A stretch of 64,000 nucleotides of DNA from Callorhinchus milii (GCF_018977255.1 NW_024704742.1:58778001-58842000), one strand, 5' to 3'; positions 38,592 to 50,534 are shown, counted from the stretch's first letter. The notes: generated by a model not told the origin, from the letters alone. Numbers and translations are program-made.

Positions 38592-39225
38592 AAAACAACA
38601 ACAACTTGGATTTATACAGCGCCCTCCACGCCAGGTGGCGTCTCAGAGCGCTTCACGGTAACGGATCCTGGGGCCAAGCCAGGGGGAGGGGGAGGAAGGT
38701 GACCAAAGGCGCGGTCAAAAAGAAAGGACCTGAAAATAGGAAGAGGGGACGAGGCGAAGAGAGTGAGCAAGGGAGTTCCAGAGCCTCGGGGCGTGGCGGC
38801 TGAAGGCACGGCTGCTGATGGTGGAGAGGAGGATTCAGGGGACAAGGAGGAGGCCAGACCCGGTGGAATGAAGGCAACAGGTACTGTTGTGAGGAGAGAG
38901 GTCAGAGAGGTAGGGGGGTGCAGAAGAGTGGAGGGATTTGAAGACAAGAGTGAGGATCTTGAAGTCGATCCTCCCTGGGATAGGGAGCCAGTACAGTCTG
39001 GCAAGGACTGGGGTAATCGGGGAGTGGAGTTTGCGGGTAAGAATGCGGGCGGCAGAATGACCTGGATTTTATGGAAGGTAATGGATGGGATACCGGTGAG
39101 GAGAGCATTTGAAGTCCAGCCGACAGGTGACAAAGGCATGGACCAGGGTTTCAGCGGCTTTTGGAGTGAGGTATTCGCGGAGATGGCCGATGCGTCGGAG
39201 GTGGAAGAAAGTAAAGGCTAGTCCT
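38592..39225 (-). mobile_element. L2 LINE 3' fragment, tail-to-tail with the CR1
   Basis: Reverse (TTG)n tail AACAACAACTTGGATTTATACAGCGCC; reverse peptide NALLTGIP..KIQVI. Confidence 0.9.
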
Positions 39226-39314
39226 CACCGATAGCAATCAGGCACGTTGAGAGCTGTTCTTCAAAACCAAGGTGCTTGGCTCCTGGCTCTTATAATATTA
39301 TATTATAAGGTATA

Positions 39315-39745
39315 AAGCAGGGGGCTGGCTGAGGAGGGGAGCGGGGTTTGGCTGGGAGCAGAGCAGGGCGGCTGTTGGGGTCAGAGCGGGGGGGGGCTGG
39401 TGGGGTGGAGCAGGGGTTTGGCTGGGGGAGCGGGGGGCTGGCTGAGGGGAGGGTGCAGCGGGTTGGCTGGATGGGGAGCATGGGGGCTGGTGGGAGTTGG
39501 CTGGGGTGTGCGGGGGTTGGTTGGGGTGGTGGTGGGTGCTGGCTGGGGGGGAGAGGGATTTGGTTGGCTGGTGGGGGGGAGCAGGCTACTGGCTGGTGGG
39601 GGAGGACAGGGCATTGGTTGGCTGGTGTGGGCGGGGGGGAGCGGGCGGTTGGCTGGGGAGGAGCGGGGGGCTGGCTGGGTGGAAGGAGAGAGTGGGGTTG
39701 GCTGGTGGGCGGGGGCAGGCGGTTGGCTGGGGGTGTGGGTGATCC
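39315..39745 (+). repeat. G-rich degenerate minisatellite (GGCTGG/GGTTGG units)
   Basis: About 430 bp dominated by G runs separated by CT/TT; the overlapping G/W- and P-rich ORFs are compositional artefacts. Confidence 0.9.
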
Positions 39746-39754
39746 CCCAGCCAT

Positions 39755-40066
39755 GGAGTCCTATAGCTCAGTGGTTAGACCACTCGCCTTGCAAGCGAGA
39801 CACCTGGGTTCAATTCCAGGCAGGGCGAAACCTTGGGCAAGTTTCCTTACTCCACACGCCTAATAATAATCCCTCCAAAACAAAACAATAATAAATTGGT
39901 CATTTTCAATCCATGTCTGTTTGTGGGACACTGCTGTGCTCAATTGGCTGCTGCGTTTCACCCACAAATATACGGTCAATTCACTTTACAGTGTGTTCTG
40001 TGAAGCGCTTTGGGACATCCTCCCGACGTGAAAAGCGCTATATCAAATGCAAGTATTATTATTATT
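39755..40066 (+). mobile_element. tRNA-Ala-derived SINE, full length, with intact A and B boxes
   Basis: TAGCTCAGTGG (A box), GGTTCAATTCC (B box), L2-type stem-loop and (TTA)n tail. Confidence 0.93.
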
Positions 40067-40233
40067 GAGTGTTTATTTGCATACAGTAAATCCCAACCCA
40101 GGTGGAATTTCTCTCCTCCTTCAGAGTCTCGTAAATAACCTATCTCCAATTGTTTGGATAATGTGGATGTGAACTTAATCTAAAACACTTAAATAAAAAG
40201 AAGAGAGATGTCTTTGGCTTTTCACTGAGCTTT
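40067..40233 (+). repeat. 167-bp unique segment, inverted duplicate of 45887-46053
   Basis: Base-by-base reverse-complement match with one mismatch (40166). Confidence 0.97.
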
Positions 40234-40355
40234 ATAATAATCCTTGCATTTGATATAGGGCCTTATCACGTTTTCGAGACATCTCAAAGCGCTTCACAGA
40301 AGCACTGTAAACTGTATACTGTAAACTGAATTGACTTTATATTTTGTGGGCAAAA
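40234..40355 (-). mobile_element. SINE 3' fragment
   Basis: ATAATAATCCTTGCATTTGATATAGGGCCTTATCACG..TTTTGTGGGCAAA. Confidence 0.85.
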
Positions 40356-42039
40356 CCTTTGTCATGTTTGTGCTATCATTGAGGAGATCCAAAAAACCAA
40401 AAATTTGTGTGTTCAAATCTCTTGATGTCATTATGATACCGACACAATGAATTTAAGACTACCAGGCGGGTGTGGAAAGGCTTTGGTTAGACTCGCACAA
40501 GCTCTCAGACTTTTAGCATCAAATCAGAATTCTTGTGTGTGGAGGCAACAGGAGATCTGATTGTCAGGTCAAAGTAAACCTGGAGCCAGAGAAATCGAGA
40601 GTTGCTTCTGGAGAGAAAGCTTCCACTGAGGATTCCTTCTAAATGCTGAGTAATATGCAGCGAAAGGGAGCTTGTGACTCCGCTTACCACCTCTCACTAT
40701 ATGACTCCCAGGCAAATCTGATATTCTCATCTTCATGTTCAGTTACTCTTATCAGAAATTAGAGTCCTGCTATGCTGATTTTCTTCTTGAACCTTTAGTG
40801 AACCAGTCATCAGATCAAAGTAGCAGAACCCATTGCTTCAATTGGTCCTTTTTTAAAAAAAAGTGACTAGTGGGTTACCTGAAATGAATCTGCTGAGAGT
40901 TGCAATGCTAACCTGGATTACACAATGGTGTTTGTGCTATATGCTAATAATATTTCAAGATTTTTAGACTCGTATTTAGAATGACACCTGAGTGTAATGG
41001 ATGAGAAAAGCAAATGATTTCCCCAGGTGTGGAGTGAGCAAATGCATTTTGCACTGCATAAAAATGATAATCGTCTTTTTCTCTGCAGGTTTCGCAGTGA
41101 AATGCCACACATCAGCAACGACGTGCACTTAAACCGTGTACCGCTTTTCGCATGAAAGAATGCCTCAAAGCACTAGACAAAAGCAATGGTGAACACCAAG
41201 CAAGGAAATACAATTTGTACAACAACTGACAAAAACCAGGCGTGATGAGATACGTGTTTAAGGAGGGCTTCCGAAGGAGAGAGCTATCAAGGCAGAATAG
41301 TTTTGGAAGCGAGTTCTTGAATATTGGTGATTAAAGAATGAGGAAGGAAGAAACAATTGGGACAGCTTTTTTGAAAAGTGAATTTGAGCTGCAGTGTGGT
41401 AGCTCAATTGAAGCATTAGCTGGAGAATTGGTGTGGGTCTCTGGAGAGCAGAGCTTTCAGGAAGTCCACTTGAGATTCTGGTGGACCAAGTGCTCTGGGA
41501 ACTGCCAGGCTAGCATTAGGGAGCCTATAACCAATACAAGAAGCACTAGTTTACCACTTCCAGGGGCTCAAGAGGAGATTCTGAGCTGGGGGGGTCTTCG
41601 TATTAGAGAGGAAATTTAATGGCCTCTGATAACCACACCAATTAGTGCAACACCAAAAGAAACAATAGCTAATGGTTGACGAAGCATTTCTCTCACAGGG
41701 GAGCACTTCAGGTGTCCCTTCAGGCAAACAGGATGAATGGATCGAATTCAGTGAAAAACTGCCGGCTCCTCTAGAAAGTGCTATAGATACGTTTTAACGC
41801 AGGGGTCTTAGTAAGTGCAACTTGTGAACACACAATCCAAGTAACAGGTGTCCTTACAGGTGTCTCTGTCAAGGTATATTAACAATAGAGTGTTTGGCAT
41901 TGCCGTGGGCATAGGTGATGGTAAAATAGTAAAGGGAAGGAATTGAACATGCAAAGAGGAGCCCCAAAATGATAATAGCCCTAGGCCCCCATCAAACTTA
42001 ATCTGGCCCTGATTATACCTCTTTCAGGCATAACATTGG

Positions 42040-42280
42040 TTGGAAGTAGTCCAGCTTCTATCAATGATCTTCCACTCCTTTCACAACCCTGCGCCTCATA
42101 CTTCATGGGATTAGGAGAGGTGGTGCATGCGTTCCTCCAGGGAGAATATGCCACACTCCATTCCAGACAAGGAGAAATTTCCATGCATAAGTGGAGCTCT
42201 CAGTCTAGGTTGGATACTCCTAAGCATGACAATGGGTTTCCACGTGTATCTATCAGACCCCGAAAAACAGCTGCTTCTGA
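42040..42280 (+). repeat. Unclassified palindrome-rich repeat, copy 4
   Basis: TTCCTCCAGGGAGAA..CCATTCCAGAC..AAATTTCCATG..GTTGGATACTCCTAAGCATGACAATGGGTTTCCACGTG..TCAGAC. Confidence 0.75.
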
Positions 42281-43771
42281 AAGAAGTTACAAAAAGAATC
42301 CAAAATAGGTCCAAATGTCAGTTTTGTGTTTGCTCTCAGCGCTTGTAAGAAAAAGTGGTTTGGGCTTATTGAAAACAAAGTGACTTTAAGATAACAATTG
42401 AACAATTGAAACTGCAAGATGAACAATTTCATTGCTACTGTTGAAATAGTTTTGACAAAAATTTTGAAATGCTACAATTTGCTCTGCTAACAAGACACCC
42501 ATTTGTAAAGTACACCTGTGGTTTGCTCCATGATTACGCTAAAGAGTAGCTGACGTTTGACCCCAGCAACCAATTTCAAGTCCAGACAAGCCATCTGAAG
42601 CGATCAGCACGATAAATTATCTAAGTTTTCAATTATTGCTGATTTTATCTGCAAAGATTTTAGAAATGTATTGCAAAAATATTCTCTAAAGCTCCTTCAG
42701 CCACCTGAAGTGGTTTGCAGGTTACTGTTTGTCCCATAGAGTCTGTAAACCTATGGTGCTCTTAACCTATACGAGGTTAACAAGTGCAGCCCTAGGTTAG
42801 ATATGCTCTGGTCTTATCAGTTGCCCTGCCTGAGTTCAATCACTGTGGCCTCTAACAATTCACACATGTTTTATTGAGTGTCAGTCACAGGACCGGCAAA
42901 TCCCTCTCATGACATTTGCGCTCAAATGTCAAAGACATTGGCTATAGATCTTTGTCACTCAAGGAGATTGCAAAGCTTCTTAAATAAATCTGTGACAGCA
43001 AACGTACTGTGTTCAGACATATTCTTACATACCAAACATGCTCATGTATTGATAGTGCAGATACTCCAGCAAATGTATCATCATGCCAAACTGTCCCTCT
43101 ACTCCATATTTCTGACAAATGGACTGTAGTTCTCTTGCTCATCTCTGACAGCTGTGGCCTTTACTCTTCAGATTTCTCTTATTTACTGGCTCATTATGAA
43201 GTTTTGTAGCATTTTGTTTTGTAGTGTCATGTTCTATTTTAGTCGTGAGTTTTCCAAAGTATAGAAAGACCTCCAAATCTGGTTTAACATAAGTAGATAG
43301 AAAAATGAGACCTGGAGAACGATTCTAGATTGTGGATACATTTACTAACCTAGATAGCTGGTGTAACTTATTAAAAGATTGGTTAATTTACTGGCCAGTG
43401 AGAAATAAGTCTTCTTCAGCTGCTTAGGTTTGTTAAACATACAAGCAGTGCAAATCACAACTAAACTGACAAGCTCATTTCAAGGAGAATAACTCCATCT
43501 GCTGCAATAATTGCTTGTGTTTTATAATGGAATAAGGTAAACTTTATAACAATCATTTTGTAACAATAGTGTAGCCCTCCAGTGTGTAAAATCAAGACAG
43601 TCAACAATTGCCTTCAACAGTATTAGTTTTCTACATCAATATTTTTACTTTACATCAGAATTTTAAAATTATTGCAGGTGGGTGAAATCACATTAAAGTA
43701 GCTGACGTAGCTTAACTGCAAACCACGTGGAAATATAGGCAACTGGCAGGTAACATACTGTGAGGTGGTGG

Positions 43772-44065
43772 TCTCCAGAGAGCCGGGGCTGGGGTGTGGC
43801 TAGAGAACCGGGGTGGGGAGGTGGCCAGAGAGCTGGAGCAGGATGTGGCCAGAGAGCCAGGATAGGGATATGGCCAGAGAGTCAGGGTGGCCAGAGAGCC
43901 GGGGAGGGAATAGCCAGGGAGCTGGGGGTGGGTAGCCAGGGAGCTGGGGGGGGTGTAGCCAGAGAGCTGGGGGGCATGGCCAGGGAGCTGGGGGGGGGTA
44001 GTCAGGGAGCTGGGGGGGAGTTGTGGCCAGAGAGCCGGGGTGGGGCCGTGGACAGAGAGCTGAGG
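43772..44065 (+). repeat. Minisatellite, ~13 units of ~17-26 bp with core GCCAG(A/G)GAGC(C/T)GGG
   Basis: Directly visible tandem units with variable G-run spacers. Confidence 0.9.
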
Positions 44066-44464
44066 TCAGTCCGAGCGCTACTCTGAACGATGGCCATTAT
44101 TCAATTAAATATTTATCAATTTCACAGCAGTGTGCAATAAATGGCTAGCTTTGCATTCTGCACTTTTGATAGGAAATTCCATTCTAAGCATGGATTGCAC
44201 ATGTTGCCAAGGCAAATGAACTGCACATTACTTATCCCAATATCAAAGCTCTCTATTAGTTTGTGTGAGAGAGTCTGCAAATTAAAAATGGTGATGCCTA
44301 TGAAGCCTGCTGCATTTTTGTAACAATTTGAAAACGGTTTCAAACATCTAATGGACGAAATTACATCCCTAAAGTGGGTCAAAACTCTTCTGTGGAAAGA
44401 AAAACAGGCAGCAACATGGGAACTGCCCGTTTCTCATAGGACCTCAAAACTGGCCAGTCGAAAA

Positions 44465-44860
44465 AATACAACAACAACTTACATTTATAGAGCGCCCTTC
44501 ACACAGGGTAGTGTCCTGGAGCCCTTGACAGTGACGGAGTCTGACAATGAGCCAGGCGGAGGGGGGAGGTGACCATAAGCAAGATCAGAAAGATAGGTCT
44601 TTAGGCGGAATTTGAAGATGGGGAGAGAGCAATACGGAGGGATTGAGGGAGCAAGGTCTAGAGTTTCAGGGCGTAGTGGTTGAAAAATTGAGAAAAACCC
44701 TTCTCTTTCTGAATAGTACTACGGGATCTTCATTGCAGATAGGGCCTCAGTTTAATGTCTCAGCTGAAGAATGGCGCCTCTGATGATGCAGCACTCCCCC
44801 AGCAATGCACGAATGTGCCAACCTAGATAATAAGCTCAGAGCTCAAAGTGGGGCTTAAGC
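44465..44860 (-). mobile_element. L2 3' end (to ~44685) adjoining a Deu-domain SINE fragment
   Basis: ACAACAACAACTTACATTTATAGAGCGCCC, then GGGATCTT..GGGCCTCAGTTTAATGTCTCAGCTGAAGAATGGCGCCTCTGA. Confidence 0.75.
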
Positions 44861-45886
44861 AATATGGTGGCAATAGAAGCAAGAAAATAAATGGAATGCA
44901 AATATTTACATTGGAGTGGAAGGGACAAGGAGAATCTTACCTTTTCGTTCTCTGTACCTTCTTAACGAAACTTATTTCTATCATCCTTTATCACAAGGAC
45001 ATTAAAAGTCAGCAAAATCTGGAAGGCAAAGAAAGGACATCAGAACTATACATCTAGGTTTTCAATTAAAAGTAAAATTGCAATTGAATAAATAATTAAA
45101 AATACATTTTCTGAAAATGACTGCAGAAACACCAAAAATTGTTCATTTCAATAAGCTTTTCAGAATTCTTTCTCCCCACAAAAATATCTGCTCTTAATTT
45201 TTTTTGACGGTACTACAATTCTCAGTTGGCAACTGTGTATTTTTTCGCTGTGACAAAATTTCCCCATGTCAAAGGTTCCACTATCAGGAAAATCCATTTG
45301 CAGAAAATGATGGCAGAATGAAGTATAGACCGTGTATGCTTTTCATTTAGTATTTTACAAAAAACATCAACTGTTTTACTTGAAATTACTGCATTGGTTC
45401 TAAGACTTTTTTTTGCAGCAGAGAAGCTTTGCACTGCTTCTTCAGGTCTTGAGCCAATGAAGCACAAAGGTTGCAAATAACATTGAGAGAGAAGAGGAAC
45501 TTTCTGCAGCTAAAATGAAGCAAACTTTTTTTAAAAAGCATACTTTAGAGAAGAGTTGGGCAGGGAGAAGACAAAGGTCAAGGACTCGATTACCAGAGTT
45601 CCCACAGGCTGAGTCAAGATCCCCCAGACAGACTAAACACTTAAAGGCTGGTGCTCAGATTTTTACTGTCAGCAGGTAGTCATTTCATTATAACAGGAGT
45701 GCTGTTGCATTCAATTTATAAATTCATTTGGAAGCTGAAAGCTGTGCACCATATACACAGTAGGTTTTATTTTATACGTTATGGCAACGCTGCACCTTCA
45801 GGGCATATTTCCAGTACAGATATTGTTCATTACATTCAGAATTAAGACGTACAATCTTTGTCCATGGCAAATTGTTTCAATTTCCC

Positions 45887-46053
45887 AAAGCTCAGTGAAA
45901 AGCCAAAGACATCTCTCTTCTTTTTATTTAAGTGTTTTAGATTAAGTTCACATGCACATTATCCAAACAATTGGAGATAGGTTATTTACGAGACTCTGAA
46001 GGAGGAGAGAAATTCCACCTGGGTTGGGATTTACTGTATGCAAATAAACACTC
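45887..46053 (-). repeat. 167-bp unique segment, inverted duplicate of 40067-40233
   Basis: See the partner feature; this copy abuts the tail of the SINE at 46054. Confidence 0.97.
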
Positions 46054-46362
46054 TATAATAATCCTTGCATTTGATATAGCGCTTTTCACGTTGGGAGGAC
46101 GTCCCAAATCGCTTCACAGAACACACTGTAAAGTGAATTGACTGTATATTTGTGGGCGAACGCGGCAGCCAATTGCGCACAGCTATGTCCCACAAACAGT
46201 CATGGATTGAAAATGACCAATTTATTATTGTTTTGTTTTGGAGGGATTATTATTAGACGTGTGGAGTAAGGAAACTTGCCCAAGGTTTCGCCCTGTGCCT
46301 GGAATTGAACTCAGGTCTCTCGCTTGCAAAGCGAGTGCGCTAACCACTGAGCTACAGGACTC
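46054..46362 (-). mobile_element. tRNA-Ala-derived SINE, full length
   Basis: Reverse head and tail as at 31342 and 39755. Confidence 0.93.
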
Positions 46363-46699
46363 TACTTCATGTAGCAGTTCAGGGAACGCAGAATTTGGCA
46401 TTTATTTAAACACAGCCTCAATTTTGAAGCTGATTTTATGAAAGTTCTTTTATGAACTGCAGAAAACCAACTTCAAAGGTTAGACTGAATTCAGCAGTTT
46501 ACTAGCTTCTCAGAGTGTCCAAATTTTCGACACTTTAAAATACTCCAGAAATAGAATAAATTTAAATTCAGGTGAAGTTTCTGCTAATAAAATTCAAATT
46601 TCTATTCCAATTGGCAATGCTAACCACAGTCCAAATAGTTTTCCCAATGACCTTAATTAATCACTGGGTACTGCCCAGAAGCATAAAGTGATTCAGAGC

Positions 46700-46820
46700 T
46701 GAAGGTTACAGGTCTGAAATGCCAGTCCGTCCAGTCTGACCTAGGACAGTGGTTGAGGCACTAAAACTGGTCTTGTGGCTTTTGGGTTGGGAAGGAGAAA
46801 ATCAGCAAGGCTCTTGCAGC
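46700..46820 (+). mobile_element. AmnSINE2-like relic
   Basis: GGCACTAAAACTGGTC..TGGGTTGGGAAGGAGAAAATCAGCAAGG resembles the 58245 element. Confidence 0.45.
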
Positions 46821-47479
46821 CCCCACTCCTTCCACTCCTCCTAATCCCTATCCATCTAAAACTTATTTGGCCCATGATGTCCATTGAAATTCAGGTATTG
46901 ATATGCTACTATCTACACATGCATTTAGCAAAGAAGGAGTAAAGATCGAATAGAGGGCTATATTTCCAAACATGAAACTGTCTTTCAGTAAAGGTATATT
47001 TTGTATATTTAAAAGAAATCTAAACTGAAGGCTTCCATCAGATACCAAGTGCTTCGTGCAATTCTGGCCCCTTTAGCAGGTGAGCAGATTTTACCTGAAA
47101 GTTATTACAGAAATTTCTGAAATACACACTTCTTTTTAAACAAGTCAAGACAGACAAATCAGACACAATGTTGAGAAATTCTTCAAGCCATTAAGTACAT
47201 TGACATTGCACTAACAGGGGCCAGGTGTTGGGTCTACGCTTAATAAGACAAAACATTTTTCATTCCACATCCTCCAGGTGTGTTCCACATCCTCCACTGT
47301 TATCTTTCGTGGTATATGTGACAATAATTGGACTACAACAGCAATCATTCATCAATGAATCATGTACAAGATTAAAAACAAGTACTTGGTTGAAATAATT
47401 CTCATTGCTTATGATCATCACTAACTAAAAATACGAACAAAATAGTCATAGCCACTACGTTTTAATATACAGGTATATA

Positions 47480-47575
47480 TAAAACTAATGCACGGGCAGG
47501 CCTAACTCCGGGGAAGCTAAGAGAACGTAAAACTAATGCACGGGCAGGCCGAACTCCAGGGAAGCTAAGAGAATT
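47480..47575. repeat. Tandem duplication of a ~48-bp unit
   Basis: TAAAACTAATGCACGGGCAGGCC(T/G)AACTCC(G/A)GGGAAGCTAAGAGAA occurs twice. Confidence 0.95.
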
Positions 47576-48784
47576 CAAACAGAAACAGTGTGCACTCAAC
47601 TACATCACCCTAGCATTGCTACTGGATGCCCAGCAGCCAACAGGAAGAGAATTGTCATAAGCCTTTCAACATCCGTTGAACACAATGGCACACAGGGTTA
47701 TACAGAACCTGGGGGTACGCCAGCCACAGGGAGAGGCAGTGGACTGATTGCATCACCAGCAACGGCCACCCAAGGTTTTTTTCCTGATTGCATAAATTGG
47801 CATGAAAAGAACCACAATATCTGTCTGTCTAACTTAGGAATTATGCTGTCAGTTGAACGCGTCAATTTACAAAATCCTTGCTAATGAGCTGTGAGTCAAC
47901 TTTTTAAAAAAAATTCATATCATTGTGGATGAGAAATAATAATCACATTTCTGTTGCTATCTTTTAAAAATAAAACAAATTCTATGGAGCGGGCTGCTGC
48001 TGAGGGCAAGGCTCTATTGAAGGGTGGGGTGGGGGTGGGGATTGACAAAACACAAGCTGCTTGGTACAATACAGTTACAGTCAAAGTCAAGCCCAGACAT
48101 AATCTAAACAGGCAATAATATGAAGGCAAATTCAGACTTTCCTTATGCCATTCACTTCCATTCTTTGCAACTTAAGTAACATACAAGCACCATCACAATG
48201 GTTTCAGTGAGCACCAGGAGAAATTATACAGTCATTTTCTGACTGGGTGCCATAATAATTGTGTAATAGGAAGCACCAAAAAGGTTAAGAGGATCACAAC
48301 AAGGCTTTTTAGCTGGAAAGTGAAATTTCGAGAAAAGTACAGGATTAATGGAATTCCTAAAAGGGATCATATTGAGATGCCTCTAATCTTTAATTGGAAT
48401 TCTGATCCTAGCATAAATTGCTTGTCAACTCAGCTCCGCATTTATTAGAATATCACCATACTGGAATTACTATGATAGTACCGAGGTCACATGCTTGCAA
48501 AAATTCAGCAGACCTGCTTCTTTGGATTATCAAGGAGTTGATGTACATTGCAAACCAATGCAGCCTGTACAAGAATGATTTTGACTGCATTATAAGTACA
48601 GTATAATGCTTGACCAAAGGAGGCCTGTATAAGAATGATCTTTATGCAATATCCAATCGAGGTTATTTTCATCTCACAGCTTTGCATAAATACACCAGAT
48701 TTAATACAATACATACAAAGGAGCTCCGTTGTAAAAAAATACATAAAGTTTGATTCTCATTTCTGGTGGTAGCTTTGATTATAC

Positions 48785-48816
48785 TGAGTCAACCCTGTTT
48801 TTGTTGCTATGGTAAC
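48785..48816. promoter_or_regulatory. Candidate AP-1 site plus RFX X-box
   Basis: TGAGTCA at 48785-48791 and near-palindromic GTTGCTATGGTAAC at 48803-48816 in a repeat-poor interval. Motif match only. Confidence 0.4.
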
Positions 48817-50534
48817 ATTAGCTGCTCTGAGCCATTACTGACTTCAAGTACCTCTATTTCCTTCTCTATGGGGTGGCTTTGGAACTTTAAGTGCCAGCCA
48901 GTAAATCTTTATTTAATCCCCTTCCCCTGTGCAAACAACCTGTCTTGGTCCCACATTTGTTCTCCACCCCCCCAATGCCCTGGAATCCTGCAAACGCTTG
49001 ATAGACGTCCACTCTCTGTATTTATACTATGGGCACAAAACTGAAAGTTGTTCTTATCATTCCCACTTTGCAAGTTTCCATACAGATCAAGAGGACAAGG
49101 AGGTGATCTATTTTACTTGTGTACTCTTCAACTGGTTGTAAGGATTAACGTGTAGGACGGAACGATTGGTTGACCTGCCTTCCAATTTTCCTTCTCCTAA
49201 AGTTAGATTTAATATCCTACTATGTGAGGGGCGCTCAAATTCAAGTCATTGTTGTTAAAAGTTGGACTGATTGAACATTGGAAAGTTAAATTTCTATTGT
49301 AAAAATTTACAAAGTTTGATTCACATTTCAGTTGGAATCTTTATTTTTTTTAAAAAAACAGAAAAATCAATGTGAACCATCTGGCCCATTGAAGCAAAAT
49401 AAATATCGTACGTTACTCTATTTTTAATAAATTTAACAAATTCTTCCCAGTTAGCCAACCTTTTCCCTTTTGAATCTTCTGACACAATCTGTTTCTCTGA
49501 ATAGCCAATTCACATATTTACCACCCTCTGCTATAAAGTAATTGACTCTAAATTGGCTGGTCACCTTCCCTCCCCTGAGCCCACAGTTGAGTTCCATCAA
49601 AATAATGTTTAATGAGCCAGCCTGCCCAGTCACAAGGCATGAAAAGGCCATTCAAATGAATAGAGGAACTAAAGCAACAAACCCACAAATGAAAAAACAT
49701 CCTTCAATGAGGATCCAAGCACTCAATTACTTGCATCGCATTTTGAGCAGCTTCTTCAGAGCTTCTGATCTTTTTAAATTTCAATCGGCAAAATACTTTC
49801 ATCTACTTTGATGTTGATACGTTTGAATAAACAAATCCATAAATGGCTACTGTGTTGAATTGAATAGTTTGGCCCTGTTTGGCGAATGTTTTTTGAATGG
49901 AAGTAATGATCTCAAATTGGAATGGTGGTATATATCTAGTCATGAGGGGATCCTGCAGGTTTCCTAGGCACTGAAAATTTGCACTAAAATCTAAAATAAT
50001 AAGCAACTATTAAAGCCATTTACTTTGCCCCATTGCATTCTTCTATTGTATATTTAATGACTCAAACACATGGTCAGCACCACACACACTCACATCAAAC
50101 ACCCCATTTATCAGTCAATGCTGCAAATATTTTTCAATTACTACAGTCTCACACTTTCAGTTTGGAAAGCACCCTGGTGGTAATCCTGAATTCAAGAGAC
50201 GATGGGGACTTGTTAACATACCATCGGTAAGTGACCTTGTATGTGTAGCATTCATAGCCTTTAAGAAGGTCGACAAAGTTGTGGTACAGAAGTATTTCTG
50301 TCAAGAGCAGCAACTAAAATGCAATGTTTTAAGACCAAGTGCCATGGTGGAACAATCATTTTATAAGTGAACTTGTTACTTTTGCAAATTGTTTCTAATG
50401 ATGAACCTTTTGAAGGATTGTTACACATTTTCTAATGTTTCACTGATGTAGGACTCACGTTTTTGTCAAATGCAAGGATTATTATTTTAAGGAACCATTT
50501 TTATTTTATTTGTTTCTAAATAAACTAATATCAC

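Noticed and set aside
39290..39891. Proline-rich and glycine/tryptophan-rich ORFs
   Set aside because: Artefacts of the G-rich low-complexity tract; the ORF at 43760-44086 is likewise a minisatellite artefact.
5555..42280. Intronic snoRNA family explanation for the unclassified repeat
   Set aside because: A fifth copy is on the opposite strand, no conserved C/D or H/ACA boxes were seen, and no host exons lie between copies.
43772..44065. CRISPR-like repeat/spacer array
   Set aside because: Eukaryotic context, spacers are short related G runs, and there are no cas genes.
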